Source: a virus | Length of the DNA stretch: 43,754 nucleotides | Strand: one strand, 5' to 3' | Virus record (IMG/VR): IMGVR_UViG_3300029478_000005 | Part shown: positions 32,342 through 40,507 of the stretch, piece by piece | How positions within the stretch are numbered: position 1 is the first letter of the stretch | Layout: the number at the start of each line of letters is the position of its first letter | Program-made: the position numbers and the translations under genes | The notes under the pieces: generated by a model | What the model was told of the DNA's origin: nothing | Seen by the model: only the letters and a program-made list of their open reading frames with translations | Databases searched by the model: none

Positions 32342-32812
32342 ATGGAGAAGATCAAGGCGTACAAGGAGAAGCTGGAACACGAGATTGACGAGTTTGTGGA
32401 AAACTATCCCGTGAATGAGCGCACCGTCGCGGCACTGACCTCGATGCTGGAATGCTGGGAGCATGTTAAAGAGTGCGCTAAGTGCAGCGGCAGCGGGGAT
32501 GAAGAGCTTACCAAAGAAGATGCCATGAGCTGGATGTACAACATGAAGAACGAGGACGGCAGCTTTGGGGCACACTGGGATTTGGAACAGACGCGGCCCT
32601 ATATGGAGCCGCGCGGTGTGACCTGCGAGCTTTGGAAGTGGGCCGCTGTGATGAACATGATGTACAGCGACTACTGCAAGGCGGCACGCAAGAACAGCGT
32701 GGACAGACCGGAGTTTTACGCAGACCTTGCGGCGGCGTTTTTGGATGACAAGGACGCGCCGGAGGATAAGGCCGGGCGGTATTACCACAATATTGCGGCA
32801 GTGCAGGAATAA
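32342..32812 (+). CDS. Hypothetical protein (156 aa), recurrent Firmicutes phage/plasmid family
   Basis: GAGGTG RBS. NMKNEDGSFGAHWDLEQT...MNMMYSDY motif. Confidence 0.5.
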   Translation: MEKIKAYKEKLEHEIDEFVENYPVNERTVAALTSMLECWEHVKECAKCSGSGDEELTKEDAMSWMYNMKNEDGSFGAHWDLEQTRPYMEPRGVTCELWKWAAVMNMMYSDYCKAARKNSVDRPEFYADLAAAFLDDKDAPEDKAGRYYHNIAAVQE

Positions 32813-32860
32813 AAAATCAGCCCGCAGCTGACGAGGATTTCTCGACAGTTGCGGGCTTTG
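32811..32860. terminator. Convergent-operon terminator (strong for the minus strand, weak for +)
   Basis: 12-bp stem AGCCCGCAGCTG/CAGTTGCGGGCT. The T6 run is on the minus-strand side. Confidence 0.7.
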
Positions 32861-32865
32861 CTGTG

Positions 32866-33312
32866 TCAGGGGAGAATATCAAGTTCCCAGCCGGAGGGAA
32901 GCTCTAAGAGAAACAGGCCGGTGCGTTCCTGGGCGCGTACCCAGAAATCGGAACGGTTCAGTTCTTTTGCTGTATCGCGGCGTGATTTACCCTCAAAGTA
33001 AATGGCGATCAGGACAGATTGCTGGTCGGAGTTTAGGGGTTTCATAGCTTCGTTTCGCTTGGAATAGGCCGTGTTCATCTCGGCGCGGGCACGGCAGTAC
33101 CGGGCATAGGCTTTGTCGTACCGCTCTGCCAGGCGGGCCACCGGGTCAGAGCGGGTGTTGCCTTTGGGCATACCATCGGCAGGGTGAGCCGACATGGCGG
33201 CGTTGGATTCATAGAATTTATCGCGGGCCTCGATGAAGGCTTTCTGATAGACGGCGTATTTTTCCATCCATTTTTGACGCTGGGTGTTGCCGCAGGGTAC
33301 ATTATTTTCCAT
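32866..33312 (-). CDS. Sigma-70 region-4-like late-gene regulator (ArpU/RinA-like position), 148 aa
   Basis: LNSDQQSVLIAIYFEGKSRRDTAKELNRSDFWV. Last gene of the early operon. Confidence 0.5.
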   Translation of the reverse strand: MENNVPCGNTQRQKWMEKYAVYQKAFIEARDKFYESNAAMSAHPADGMPKGNTRSDPVARLAERYDKAYARYCRARAEMNTAYSKRNEAMKPLNSDQQSVLIAIYFEGKSRRDTAKELNRSDFWVRAQERTGLFLLELPSGWELDILP

Positions 33313-33661
33313 TGCTGATTCCCTCCATCCAGTAATCTTCTTTGCACTGCTCGCATGGTTTCCCGTTCTTTACGCATTTGCTTTTATACGATTTATCAAT
33401 CTTTTTAGGGCATATATTTATAATACCGTTTTTCATTGGGGCATCTGAAAAATACCTTTCCAAAACATCTTGCCTTGTACGCGGCCACTTTTCCGCCCAA
33501 TCAATTAGCTTTTGCGTTCGCTCTATAACTTTTATCGTGTCATAGTTGCATAAAGAACAGCCCAGACTTTTACCATCACTGTTTAGCGGACATGCTGCGC
33601 AAATGCCATTGTACATATTGCAAAGCTGAGCACGGTATATTTCGTATTGAAAAGCGTCCAT
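33302..33661 (-). CDS. Cys-rich protein, paralogue 3 of 3 (119 aa)
   Basis: C..C..C N-terminal cluster, W..KWPRTRQDVLERYF, ICP, C-terminal CEQCKEDYW. Confidence 0.65.
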   Translation of the reverse strand: MDAFQYEIYRAQLCNMYNGICAACPLNSDGKSLGCSLCNYDTIKVIERTQKLIDWAEKWPRTRQDVLERYFSDAPMKNGIINICPKKIDKSYKSKCVKNGKPCEQCKEDYWMEGISNGK

Positions 33662-33702
33662 GTGACACCTCCTTTTCCAAACTGCGAAAGGGTTGGCTGG
33701 CG

Positions 33703-34119
33703 TTACTTTTTATCGCCATCCTCCTGATAATATTCTTTGCTTTTTTCCCTGACAAGTTTACACCATTCATCCCAGCCATCTGAAATCCATAAATTTCCAT
33801 CTTTTATTGCAGCTTTATGCTCTTCTAGGGTGGCTCTTTTTATGAGCTTGAGCTTTTTGAAATTGAAGGTTTCATATTTGCCATTTCCAAAATCAACTGT
33901 ATAGTTGTTGTCTTCAAGCGGGGAATCTTCATCATCATAGCTAATGTATAAAACCCTTCCTGCCTGGTCATAATAATCAGAAAACGAATCAGAGACACGG
34001 ACAGTATCTCCAAAATCGAAACAACGGTTCTCAATATCTGCAAGATATTGTGATGGGCTCATTTTAGAAAATTCAGAAAGTCTTGGGTCATTCGCAATGC
34101 TTGATTCTTCTCGTTCCAT
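33703..34119 (-). CDS. Acidic hypothetical protein (138 aa)
   Basis: AAAGGAG RBS. AT-rich gene. Confidence 0.55.
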   Translation of the reverse strand: MEREESSIANDPRLSEFSKMSPSQYLADIENRCFDFGDTVRVSDSFSDYYDQAGRVLYISYDDEDSPLEDNNYTVDFGNGKYETFNFKKLKLIKRATLEEHKAAIKDGNLWISDGWDEWCKLVREKSKEYYQEDGDKK

Positions 34120-34267
34120 TTTTGCTCCTTTCTTCCAGCTTCATGCAGCGCGGCAGCGTGCAAATATCGCCATTCTTCCACTCGCACGTCGCGCAAAGAT
34201 GTTTGCGGGCGTATTCATCAACTAGTTGCTGTTTTGTAATGGGGCCACCTCCGGGGGTAGAAGTCAT
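34088..34267 (-). CDS. Small Cys-containing ORF (59 aa), not in the ORF track
   Basis: AAGGAGG RBS 8 nt before ATG 34267. ATGA overlap with the upstream stop. ...HLCATCEWKNGDICTLPRC... Confidence 0.4.
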   Translation of the reverse strand: MTSTPGGGPITKQQLVDEYARKHLCATCEWKNGDICTLPRCMKLEERSKNGTRRIKHCE

Positions 34268-34464
34268 TTTAGAAGCCTCCTTATGATTCTATAACATGCA
34301 ATGCCGATGCGAGTTACGACCAGCAACGGCCAGAAAACAAGGACAATAACGTTGTCTGCGCCGTCTACGGTGTCCATTCGGTCTGTGTGGTTTATGTACA
34401 GGACGGCGAGCAGGCCGCACAGGTCGTAAACACAGACGGCGGCGATAACAAGGATAATGGTCAT
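34264..34464 (-). CDS. Small membrane protein (66 aa)
   Basis: MTIILVIAAVCVYDLCGLLAVLYI...VLVFWPLLVV. GGAGGTG RBS. ATGA overlap. Confidence 0.6.
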   Translation of the reverse strand: MTIILVIAAVCVYDLCGLLAVLYINHTDRMDTVDGADNVIVLVFWPLLVVTRIGIACYRIIRRLLK

Positions 34465-35270
34465 GGGGTCACCTCCGGGGGTTTGTAGAGCGGCAGTTCT
34501 GTCCATGCGAGGACTTTTGCGTTAGTTCCGTTCGTAGGCTCACCGCCCCAATGGCCATTGAAAAATTGTCCACGATCCATTGTGCGGTACATGCGGTTGT
34601 AGTTACCATAACGGAAGTATTCGTAGTAGCACAGGTATTCTCCGTTTTCTTTAGGAGGATCATTCTGTGCATCGTGCCAAACGGTTGCTTTAGACTCCGC
34701 TTTGTATGGTTTAACCTGATATACAGCAGAAAGAGCATCAAGAACCCGCGCGCCAACTGGCGTATTTGATTTAAAAGGCAAATGCTCGCTAATGCACCTC
34801 TGTCTGATTGCTTTTAACGCATCGCCGCGCAAAATCAAATCATTGTTGTCATATTCTCCATTTATCATTTTATCTTTTGCCTTTTGGATAGCTTCAGCAA
34901 TCTTATCTCCATCAAGACAATGCTTTTCATCTGTGTTCACCATCCTTGCGCCACAGCTTGGGCAATACTCATAAGCGTTTTCTTCTGGCGTACCATCATA
35001 TAGAATAACCCTTTTCTTACAAGCAGAGCAGAACCAAACAATGGAATCGCCGTAGTAATCGTCCTCGTTTTCCCATTTTGCCGTAGGCCGCAGGGATTCC
35101 GGGTCTATGGTGGGGCAGTCATCCGCAACACCTTTTACAGCTTTGCACAGTTCCTGCATTTTGAAGCATCGGTTAATTTGGCGTCCTTCCGCTGCGCCCA
35201 TTGCCTTGTTCCATTCACCGTATGCGTGTTCGGCAACCTCTACAATTTTATCTGCATCAATCAGTCTCAT
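34461..35270 (-). CDS. Hypothetical protein with central zinc ribbon (269 aa)
   Basis: MRLIDADKI... N-terminus common in gut phages. FCSACKK...YCPSCGARM. Confidence 0.55.
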   Translation of the reverse strand: MRLIDADKIVEVAEHAYGEWNKAMGAAEGRQINRCFKMQELCKAVKGVADDCPTIDPESLRPTAKWENEDDYYGDSIVWFCSACKKRVILYDGTPEENAYEYCPSCGARMVNTDEKHCLDGDKIAEAIQKAKDKMINGEYDNNDLILRGDALKAIRQRCISEHLPFKSNTPVGARVLDALSAVYQVKPYKAESKATVWHDAQNDPPKENGEYLCYYEYFRYGNYNRMYRTMDRGQFFNGHWGGEPTNGTNAKVLAWTELPLYKPPEVTP

Positions 35271-35859
35271 TTTCTTTCCCCTCTCTTTCTTCTACATACG
35301 CCATACTCTGGCGCAAATTGAGCGATTTCGAATTGAGAATACAAGCCGGGGCGACGGAATAACCGCAGCGCGCACTGTCACTGTTAAAATTCCCCGCAGT
35401 GCTCACGACGCGAACGCTGCAAGCGTGACCCAAGACGGAATCCTTGTAACTGCACCACCACGGCGTTGCCGTCCAAATCAATCTGTCGTAGTGCGGGATG
35501 TAATCACGGTACTTGCGGTACTCATCGCAAGTGAGGATAAAAACAAAGTCCAGTGCAGTGCCGTAAGCTCTGTCGCCGTTGTCTGCGACAAGGTCAACGG
35601 TATGCAACAGCAGGTTGTCTCCGAGTTCGTCGGCAAGGGAATTGTTCAGCACCTCACGAATCAAGCTCGTGCGGTAGTTGTTCAAGTTGCCTTTTTCATC
35701 GGCATGTCGCTCATACTTGTAGAACTTTATATTTTTTGCCCACGGTTCAGCCATAATAGCCAGCACGCCGCCGTCAGGGTGGTTCGGGTCAAGACATACC
35801 CATTCGAAACCTTTGAACATGAAGTGTTCGCCGGTGTGCATGGTTGTGATGTTAGTCAT
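35257..35859 (-). CDS. DUF6273-like protein (200 aa), putative
   Basis: F.GFEWVCLD...NNYRTSLIREVLN...WWC...APACIL pattern recalled for this family. Confidence 0.45.
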   Translation of the reverse strand: MTNITTMHTGEHFMFKGFEWVCLDPNHPDGGVLAIMAEPWAKNIKFYKYERHADEKGNLNNYRTSLIREVLNNSLADELGDNLLLHTVDLVADNGDRAYGTALDFVFILTCDEYRKYRDYIPHYDRLIWTATPWWCSYKDSVLGHACSVRVVSTAGNFNSDSARCGYSVAPACILNSKSLNLRQSMAYVEEREGKENETD

Positions 35860-36211
35860 TGTCGGTTACCTCCGCAAGCCAGTATTCACGGCGGCATTTG
35901 GCGCAATCATTCTGGTCGCACCCTGTAAAATCCGTTCCTAGAATAGTTATACAGTAGAATTGGGGACACAAAGAAATCACGCCATCACGAACTTTTGCTC
36001 TTGGGAATATCTTCAAGAACTCGCTCTGACGGGTCTTGATGGGGTTGCTGTCGCTCCACTCGGCAACCGCGTCATACATTTGGGCAAATTCTTCCGGCTT
36101 AATATCGAGCAGATTGCACGAACACATTGCGACAAACCGGCATCCCTTGCAGTTTTTCCGGGTGCTTTTGCACATACGGCTAAATTCTCTTACAAAATCT
36201 TGTGGCTTCAT
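35852..36211 (-). CDS. Cys-rich protein, paralogue 2 of 3 (119 aa)
   Basis: CKSTRKNCKGC..., W..SNPIKTRQSEFLKIFP, LCP, CAKCRREYW. Confidence 0.65.
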   Translation of the reverse strand: MKPQDFVREFSRMCKSTRKNCKGCRFVAMCSCNLLDIKPEEFAQMYDAVAEWSDSNPIKTRQSEFLKIFPRAKVRDGVISLCPQFYCITILGTDFTGCDQNDCAKCRREYWLAEVTDND

Positions 36212-36585
36212 TACTTTTCCTCGCTTTCGTCAATGGGCGTGAGCCAAAATTTTCTTTTACAATCATCACAACTGTAAAAAAAGCATGTGTGGTATTTTAG
36301 CTTAATATCTTTGTCTATCAGACACGGCTGGATTTGGAGTACAGATTCGGAGGTAAATGCGGACGGGAATTGCTTCAAAAACTCGCTCTGGCGGGTCTTG
36401 ACGGGGTGGTCTTTTGCCCATTGTTCAACAATCTGAACCATCTTTTGAACGCTTTCAATGTTATAGCAGCTCATTATGGTAGCCGTGTTTACATCGCAGG
36501 CATGACCTATTAGAGGGCAGTCCTTACAATCTTCTTGCGCTTCACATAATCTGTTTATTTGTTTGATAAATTTAACTGCATCCAT
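36211..36585 (-). CDS. Cys-rich protein, paralogue 1 of 3 (124 aa)
   Basis: AAGGAG RBS before ATG 36585. CEAQEDCKDCP..., W..DHPVKTRQSEFLKQFP, QPC, CDDCKRKFW. Confidence 0.65.
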   Translation of the reverse strand: MDAVKFIKQINRLCEAQEDCKDCPLIGHACDVNTATIMSCYNIESVQKMVQIVEQWAKDHPVKTRQSEFLKQFPSAFTSESVLQIQPCLIDKDIKLKYHTCFFYSCDDCKRKFWLTPIDESEEK

Positions 36586-36596
36586 AGTCTCACTCC

Positions 36597-36932
36597 TTAC
36601 CAATCTGCGTTTATAACGGCGAAACTGCCGTTTTCTATGGCGCAATCGACCAGCCACGCAATGCTTGCCCAGTTGTATAGTTCGTGTACTTCGGCAAACT
36701 CAGCAAGCCGTTTCGCCTGTTCAGTGGTGAGCGTCATGTCTTTTCCGTAAAAATCGCGTTCTGGTTCTTTCTTACGGATTTCATAAGGCACATAATAGCC
36801 GATTTTTTCGAGATACTCGTTCCAAAAACGCCCGCAAGAATCTACCTGGTCTAGGATTGTGCCTCTGATTGGCTTACCGCAGTGCGGACATTTTTCCATA
36901 TGGCAGCGGCAGACTGTAATATCAAGTCCCAT
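36597..36932 (-). CDS. Hypothetical protein with CPHCG motif (111 aa)
   Basis: AAGGAG RBS 8 nt before ATG 36932. TAATG overlap with the upstream stop. Confidence 0.55.
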   Translation of the reverse strand: MGLDITVCRCHMEKCPHCGKPIRGTILDQVDSCGRFWNEYLEKIGYYVPYEIRKKEPERDFYGKDMTLTTEQAKRLAEFAEVHELYNWASIAWLVDCAIENGSFAVINADW

Positions 36933-37219
36933 TACAAACACTCCTTATCTAGTCCGCGGGCTACATACTGCCCATATGTCAGGCCCAGGGCGGCGGCTTC
37001 GCGGACGCATTGCTCAATGGGTTTTATGGTTTTCTTCAGGGCGGGATGCGTGGCGGGTTTCTTGCTTTTTTTCAAAACACCGGCATCCCTGCGGCGCTGG
37101 TAGGATGCCTGCGCACTTTTGATATTGCGCTTGTGGATGCAGGAATCGCAATAGCGCTTTGTAGGCTGTACGTCCCACATGATTTTCCCGCAGGTCTTGC
37201 AGAATTTTGTTGTGGTCAT
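36932..37219 (-). CDS. Zinc-ribbon protein with basic tail (95 aa)
   Basis: FCKTCGK...YCDSC. Confidence 0.55.
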   Translation of the reverse strand: MTTTKFCKTCGKIMWDVQPTKRYCDSCIHKRNIKSAQASYQRRRDAGVLKKSKKPATHPALKKTIKPIEQCVREAAALGLTYGQYVARGLDKECL

Positions 37220-37545
37220 AGCGGCTCCTTTGTTTTGGGTGCTTCAATGCCGATGCTTTGCAGCGTTACCTGCGCCCAGAGGTCGGCAAGCTGGTCATTG
37301 CGGTACTCGTTGTATTTATCAGCAACGGGGCCGGTCATTGCATCCTGAATCCGTTTCAGCGTGCGGGGAGAAAGACCGACCTGATAGCACGCCAGCAGGC
37401 ATAGATAGGTGGCGCGGGTAGCAATGTCGTTGCGCTCCTTCATGACAGCCTCCTGCGCACGGCACTGGATGCCCTGAATTTTAGCTTCTGCATAGGCGTC
37501 TATGGCTTTTTGCATGGCCGGGGTGGGATGAAGTCTGGCTTTCAT
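37216..37545 (-). CDS. Hypothetical protein (109 aa)
   Basis: Coupled to its neighbours. No recognisable motif. Confidence 0.5.
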   Translation of the reverse strand: MKARLHPTPAMQKAIDAYAEAKIQGIQCRAQEAVMKERNDIATRATYLCLLACYQVGLSPRTLKRIQDAMTGPVADKYNEYRNDQLADLWAQVTLQSIGIEAPKTKEPL

Positions 37546-37548
37546 AGT

Positions 37549-37962
37549 TTACACTTCCTTGCTTGCCGAAATACGGCTTTCCCAGCGTTTGCGCTTTTGC
37601 TGCATGATTTGCTCGATTTCATCTGGGTAGTAGTTTTTTTCTTCAAAAACCTCCATACAGAGCTTTACGTCTGCCAGTTCTTCAAGCAAATCCTGTAAGC
37701 ATTCTTCTTCCGATTTTGGCGTCGGATTCTCATCGCGGAGCTTACGGGCAAATTTCAAGGCTGCCTGCGCAAGCTCTGCGCTTTCTTCTGCCAACTGTTC
37801 CAATACGGCGGGAGTCCCGATTGTAGAGCTTATGTACAGATTCCCGGATGTAATCTTTTTACAGCCGCCCGGATGGTCTGCGTTACCGCCTTTCAGATTG
37901 CAGCATGGACTGCTATAGTCGCAGCAGCAGCCGCAGTCAGGGCATTTACGTTCAGTTGTCAT
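37549..37962 (-). CDS. MazG-like NTP pyrophosphohydrolase with Cys-rich N-terminal extension (137 aa)
   Basis: LAEESAELAQAALKFARK...LLEELADVKLCMEV (EExxE...E..AD pattern). N-terminal CPDCGCCCDYSSPCCN...GGC. Confidence 0.6.
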   Translation of the reverse strand: MTTERKCPDCGCCCDYSSPCCNLKGGNADHPGGCKKITSGNLYISSTIGTPAVLEQLAEESAELAQAALKFARKLRDENPTPKSEEECLQDLLEELADVKLCMEVFEEKNYYPDEIEQIMQQKRKRWESRISASKEV

Positions 37963-38350
37963 CTACTTCATCCTCCAATTCTTCAATAAAAATTTCGGTG
38001 CGGGGGTTGGATTTGTCGTACATAACGCGGGAGCCGTCCACGCTGGCAATGATGGTGTTGTTGTCGTCTGCGAGGATTTTGGCGGCGACAAGGGTGTCAT
38101 GGGCAGCCTCCATCAAGTTCGTTAGGTCTACTTTGCGGCGTGTCGGCATATAGAATACCGTGGCGACGCGGTAGCGGCCCGACAGCGGGGCTTTCGGCTT
38201 TGGGGTGAGATACCACATAGCGGCCTGTTCGTACTTCTTGTATTGCTTGCTGGGGGCGATGAACGGCTTGCCTGTACGGTGGTTTGTAAGTATCTGCTGG
38301 GAGTTCTTCTTGGTGATAGGGGGCAGGGAGATTATGTATTTTTGGATCAC
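37952..38350 (-). CDS. rusA: RusA-family Holliday junction resolvase (132 aa; GTG start)
   Basis: PPITKKNS...RRKVDLTNLMEAAHDTLVAAKILADDN is the typical RusA catalytic Asp pattern. Confidence 0.8.
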   Translation of the reverse strand: MIQKYIISLPPITKKNSQQILTNHRTGKPFIAPSKQYKKYEQAAMWYLTPKPKAPLSGRYRVATVFYMPTRRKVDLTNLMEAAHDTLVAAKILADDNNTIIASVDGSRVMYDKSNPRTEIFIEELEDEVDDN

Positions 38351-38532
38351 CGTACAATCTCCTTTACTTTCGCGTAATACTTCTCGCTATACCAGATTTC
38401 CGGCAGGCGGGGATTTTGGGTGTAGCCTGCGGTGCGCAGGGCGGCTTCGGCGTTCCAACGTGTGGAATACAGGCGCTTGGAGTGGGTGAGGTCTCCAGTA
38501 GAGCGGGAATAGGTGATGATTTCATACTTCAT
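38347..38532 (-). CDS. Small hypothetical protein (61 aa)
   Basis: MKYEIITYSRSTGDL... The ORF-track start at 38646 overlaps another small ORF. Confidence 0.45.
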   Translation of the reverse strand: MKYEIITYSRSTGDLTHSKRLYSTRWNAEAALRTAGYTQNPRLPEIWYSEKYYAKVKEIVR

Positions 38533-38680
38533 CGGTGTGCAGGGCCTCTTGCAGGTGCTTTTGCGCACTGTCCATAATATCTGCGGCCTTTTCAAGTTTC
38601 TCTTTAGCGACGCTGCGCAGGTTGGTTGCATAGGCAAGCTCGGCAAACGCGAGCTTGAGCAGAAAATCTTTATCAGTCAT
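38522..38680 (-). CDS. Small helical ORF (52 aa), not in the ORF track
   Basis: The ATG is embedded in the dnaB stop region (ATGACTGA). MTDKDFLLKLAFAELAYATNLRSVAKEKLEKAADIMDSAQKHLQEALHTDEV. Confidence 0.4.
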   Translation of the reverse strand: MTDKDFLLKLAFAELAYATNLRSVAKEKLEKAADIMDSAQKHLQEALHTDEV

Positions 38681-39851
38681 AGTCCGTCATCTCCATAAAA
38701 CGTTGATAGGTTCCGTCAAAGGCGATGTGCAAATCACCTGTAATGCCGCGCTTGTTCTTGGCAAGGGAGAAATAGTATTCAGTTTCGCCTTTGCCCAAAA
38801 GGATGATTGCATCTGCGTCCTGCTCTATCTGGCCGGATTCTTTGAGGTCCTGTACCTTTGGTGCGTCCACGCCGCCGCGGTTTATCTGGGCAAGCGCCAC
38901 CACAAGGCGGCCTGTTGTCTGGGCGAGGGTGTGCAGCTGCATTGAAATGTTTGTGACCACCTCATACCGGCTGTTGCCCCTGCCGGGAATCAATTGTAGA
39001 TAATCCACGATGATGACATCCGCCTGCTTGGCGGCTGCGGTAGCCGATACCCATGCGACATTTTGACCGCCTGCATTTATGAGCCATAGCGGCAGGCTGC
39101 TGATAGTTGCGCACGCCTTGGCGTATTCTTCATCCTGCGGGGCGCGGCGCTTAAAGACGATCTCCTCCATCGGGATAAGGGCAAAGCAGGAAATGAGCTT
39201 ATCAAACAAGCCGACCTGGTCTGTCTCATAGGAGAAGAAGCAGACCTTTTTGCCGTCTTTGGCAAATTGCAACGCCATCTGCAAACCGAGCGCGGTCTTG
39301 CCTGCACTGGGTCTGCCGCCTACAACGACCATCTGCCCGGGGCGGATAGAACAGCGCCTATCCAGCGCGCCAAGCCCTGTCTTGATGCTGTGGTCTGTCT
39401 TGTCGTTCTGCTCCATGAGCCACTTGCCTGCGACCTCTGCAACGGTCATGCAGCGGCTGTCAACGCTGTCCTCTGTGAGAACGTCAGAGAGGGCCGCAGA
39501 CAGGCCGCGCATGTCATCGACACTCTTTCCGGCTTCTGCAATTTGAAGGCCAATTCGGGCGGCTCTGCGGCGCTGAGAAGCATCCTTGACAGCGGCAACG
39601 AATTTGCGGTAACCGCTGATAGAGGGAAGTGATGCAGCGCATACTGCGGCTGTCTCGCGGTTCTTCATGAGCACATAGTCATCCTGTGCAAAGTACCCGC
39701 GCGTCGTGTACATTGATTTGATCTCGGCAAATGTTGCGGCGCAGGCACCGTCCGCAAAATCGCTTTCGCTTATGTGGTCGATGCAGTAGAGGATGCTGTC
39801 CGGCGCGTAGACCATTGCGCCGATAACGCATTGTTCCGGTGTGGGGCTCAA
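38673..39851 (-). CDS. dnaB: DnaB-family replicative helicase (about 390 aa)
   Basis: Walker A GGRPSAGKTALGLQ, Walker B VIIVDYLQL, N-terminal DnaB-like helical domain. Confidence 0.9.
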   Translation of the reverse strand: MSPTPEQCVIGAMVYAPDSILYCIDHISESDFADGACAATFAEIKSMYTTRGYFAQDDYVLMKNRETAAVCAASLPSISGYRKFVAAVKDASQRRRAARIGLQIAEAGKSVDDMRGLSAALSDVLTEDSVDSRCMTVAEVAGKWLMEQNDKTDHSIKTGLGALDRRCSIRPGQMVVVGGRPSAGKTALGLQMALQFAKDGKKVCFFSYETDQVGLFDKLISCFALIPMEEIVFKRRAPQDEEYAKACATISSLPLWLINAGGQNVAWVSATAAAKQADVIIVDYLQLIPGRGNSRYEVVTNISMQLHTLAQTTGRLVVALAQINRGGVDAPKVQDLKESGQIEQDADAIILLGKGETEYYFSLAKNKRGITGDLHIAFDGTYQRFMEMTDYD

Positions 39852-40504
39852 TCAATCCACTTCCTTTCCGGCGGGGCCGTCTGCTGGCGGCTGCGCTCCC
39901 ATGTACGCACTGCGGCTTTCCAGTCTTTCATTTGGTTCTTGCCTACCTTCCAGCCCTTGCTTGTGTAGAAGTCGCAGAATTCAGTGCCATCAATGCCGTT
40001 ATGGCGCTCCTTACAATAGGCGTTGACTTCTTCAGGCGTAGGGGGAACAAACCGCTTTGAAACGGGCACTCCCTCGTCCCCCTGTGGGGGATTATAGGGG
40101 GTATTCTTAACTTCTTTATTCTTCTTTATATAAGGGTCTGTGCCCTCACTGTGCCCTCTCTGTGCCCTCTGTTTGCCCTCGTCTGTGCCCGTGCATTGAT
40201 AGTCGTTGTAGTTTTTTACCGTGAATACGCTAAATTTTCCACACGGCAACTGTGCCACTTCCTGTGTCTCTTTTAGGTGGTTTATTGCAGTGCGAACCTG
40301 TTTGACTGTTAATCCGGTGTCGGTTGCAATTTGACGGATAGAGGAAACTGCCTGACCGGGTTCTAGTTGGACTCCTTTGTAGTAGCACGGCTCATAGCAA
40401 GCCAGAAACAGCAAGTGCAGAAACACGCATTTTGTGGAGGTATCGGTATACCAGCCCCACTTCATCATGCGGCGGTACAGCTTTATGTAACCCTCGTTTG
40501 CCAT
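39848..40504 (-). CDS. Replisome organiser / DnaD-like replication initiation protein (218 aa)
   Basis: N-terminal GYIKLYRRMMKWGWY...SIRQIATDTGLTVKQVRTAINHL winged-helix. Sits upstream of the helicase. Confidence 0.7.
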   Translation of the reverse strand: MANEGYIKLYRRMMKWGWYTDTSTKCVFLHLLFLACYEPCYYKGVQLEPGQAVSSIRQIATDTGLTVKQVRTAINHLKETQEVAQLPCGKFSVFTVKNYNDYQCTGTDEGKQRAQRGHSEGTDPYIKKNKEVKNTPYNPPQGDEGVPVSKRFVPPTPEEVNAYCKERHNGIDGTEFCDFYTSKGWKVGKNQMKDWKAAVRTWERSRQQTAPPERKWID

Positions 40505-40507
40505 TTT

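Noticed and set aside
34241-34481. Repeated 17-mer CCCCCGGAGGTG(A/G)CCCC (minus strand) at 34465-34481 and 34241-34257
   Set aside because: One copy is simply the Shine-Dalgarno region of the 66-aa gene. The other lies inside the 59-aa ORF. Two copies with a GGAGGTG core are most simply explained by module-boundary duplication.
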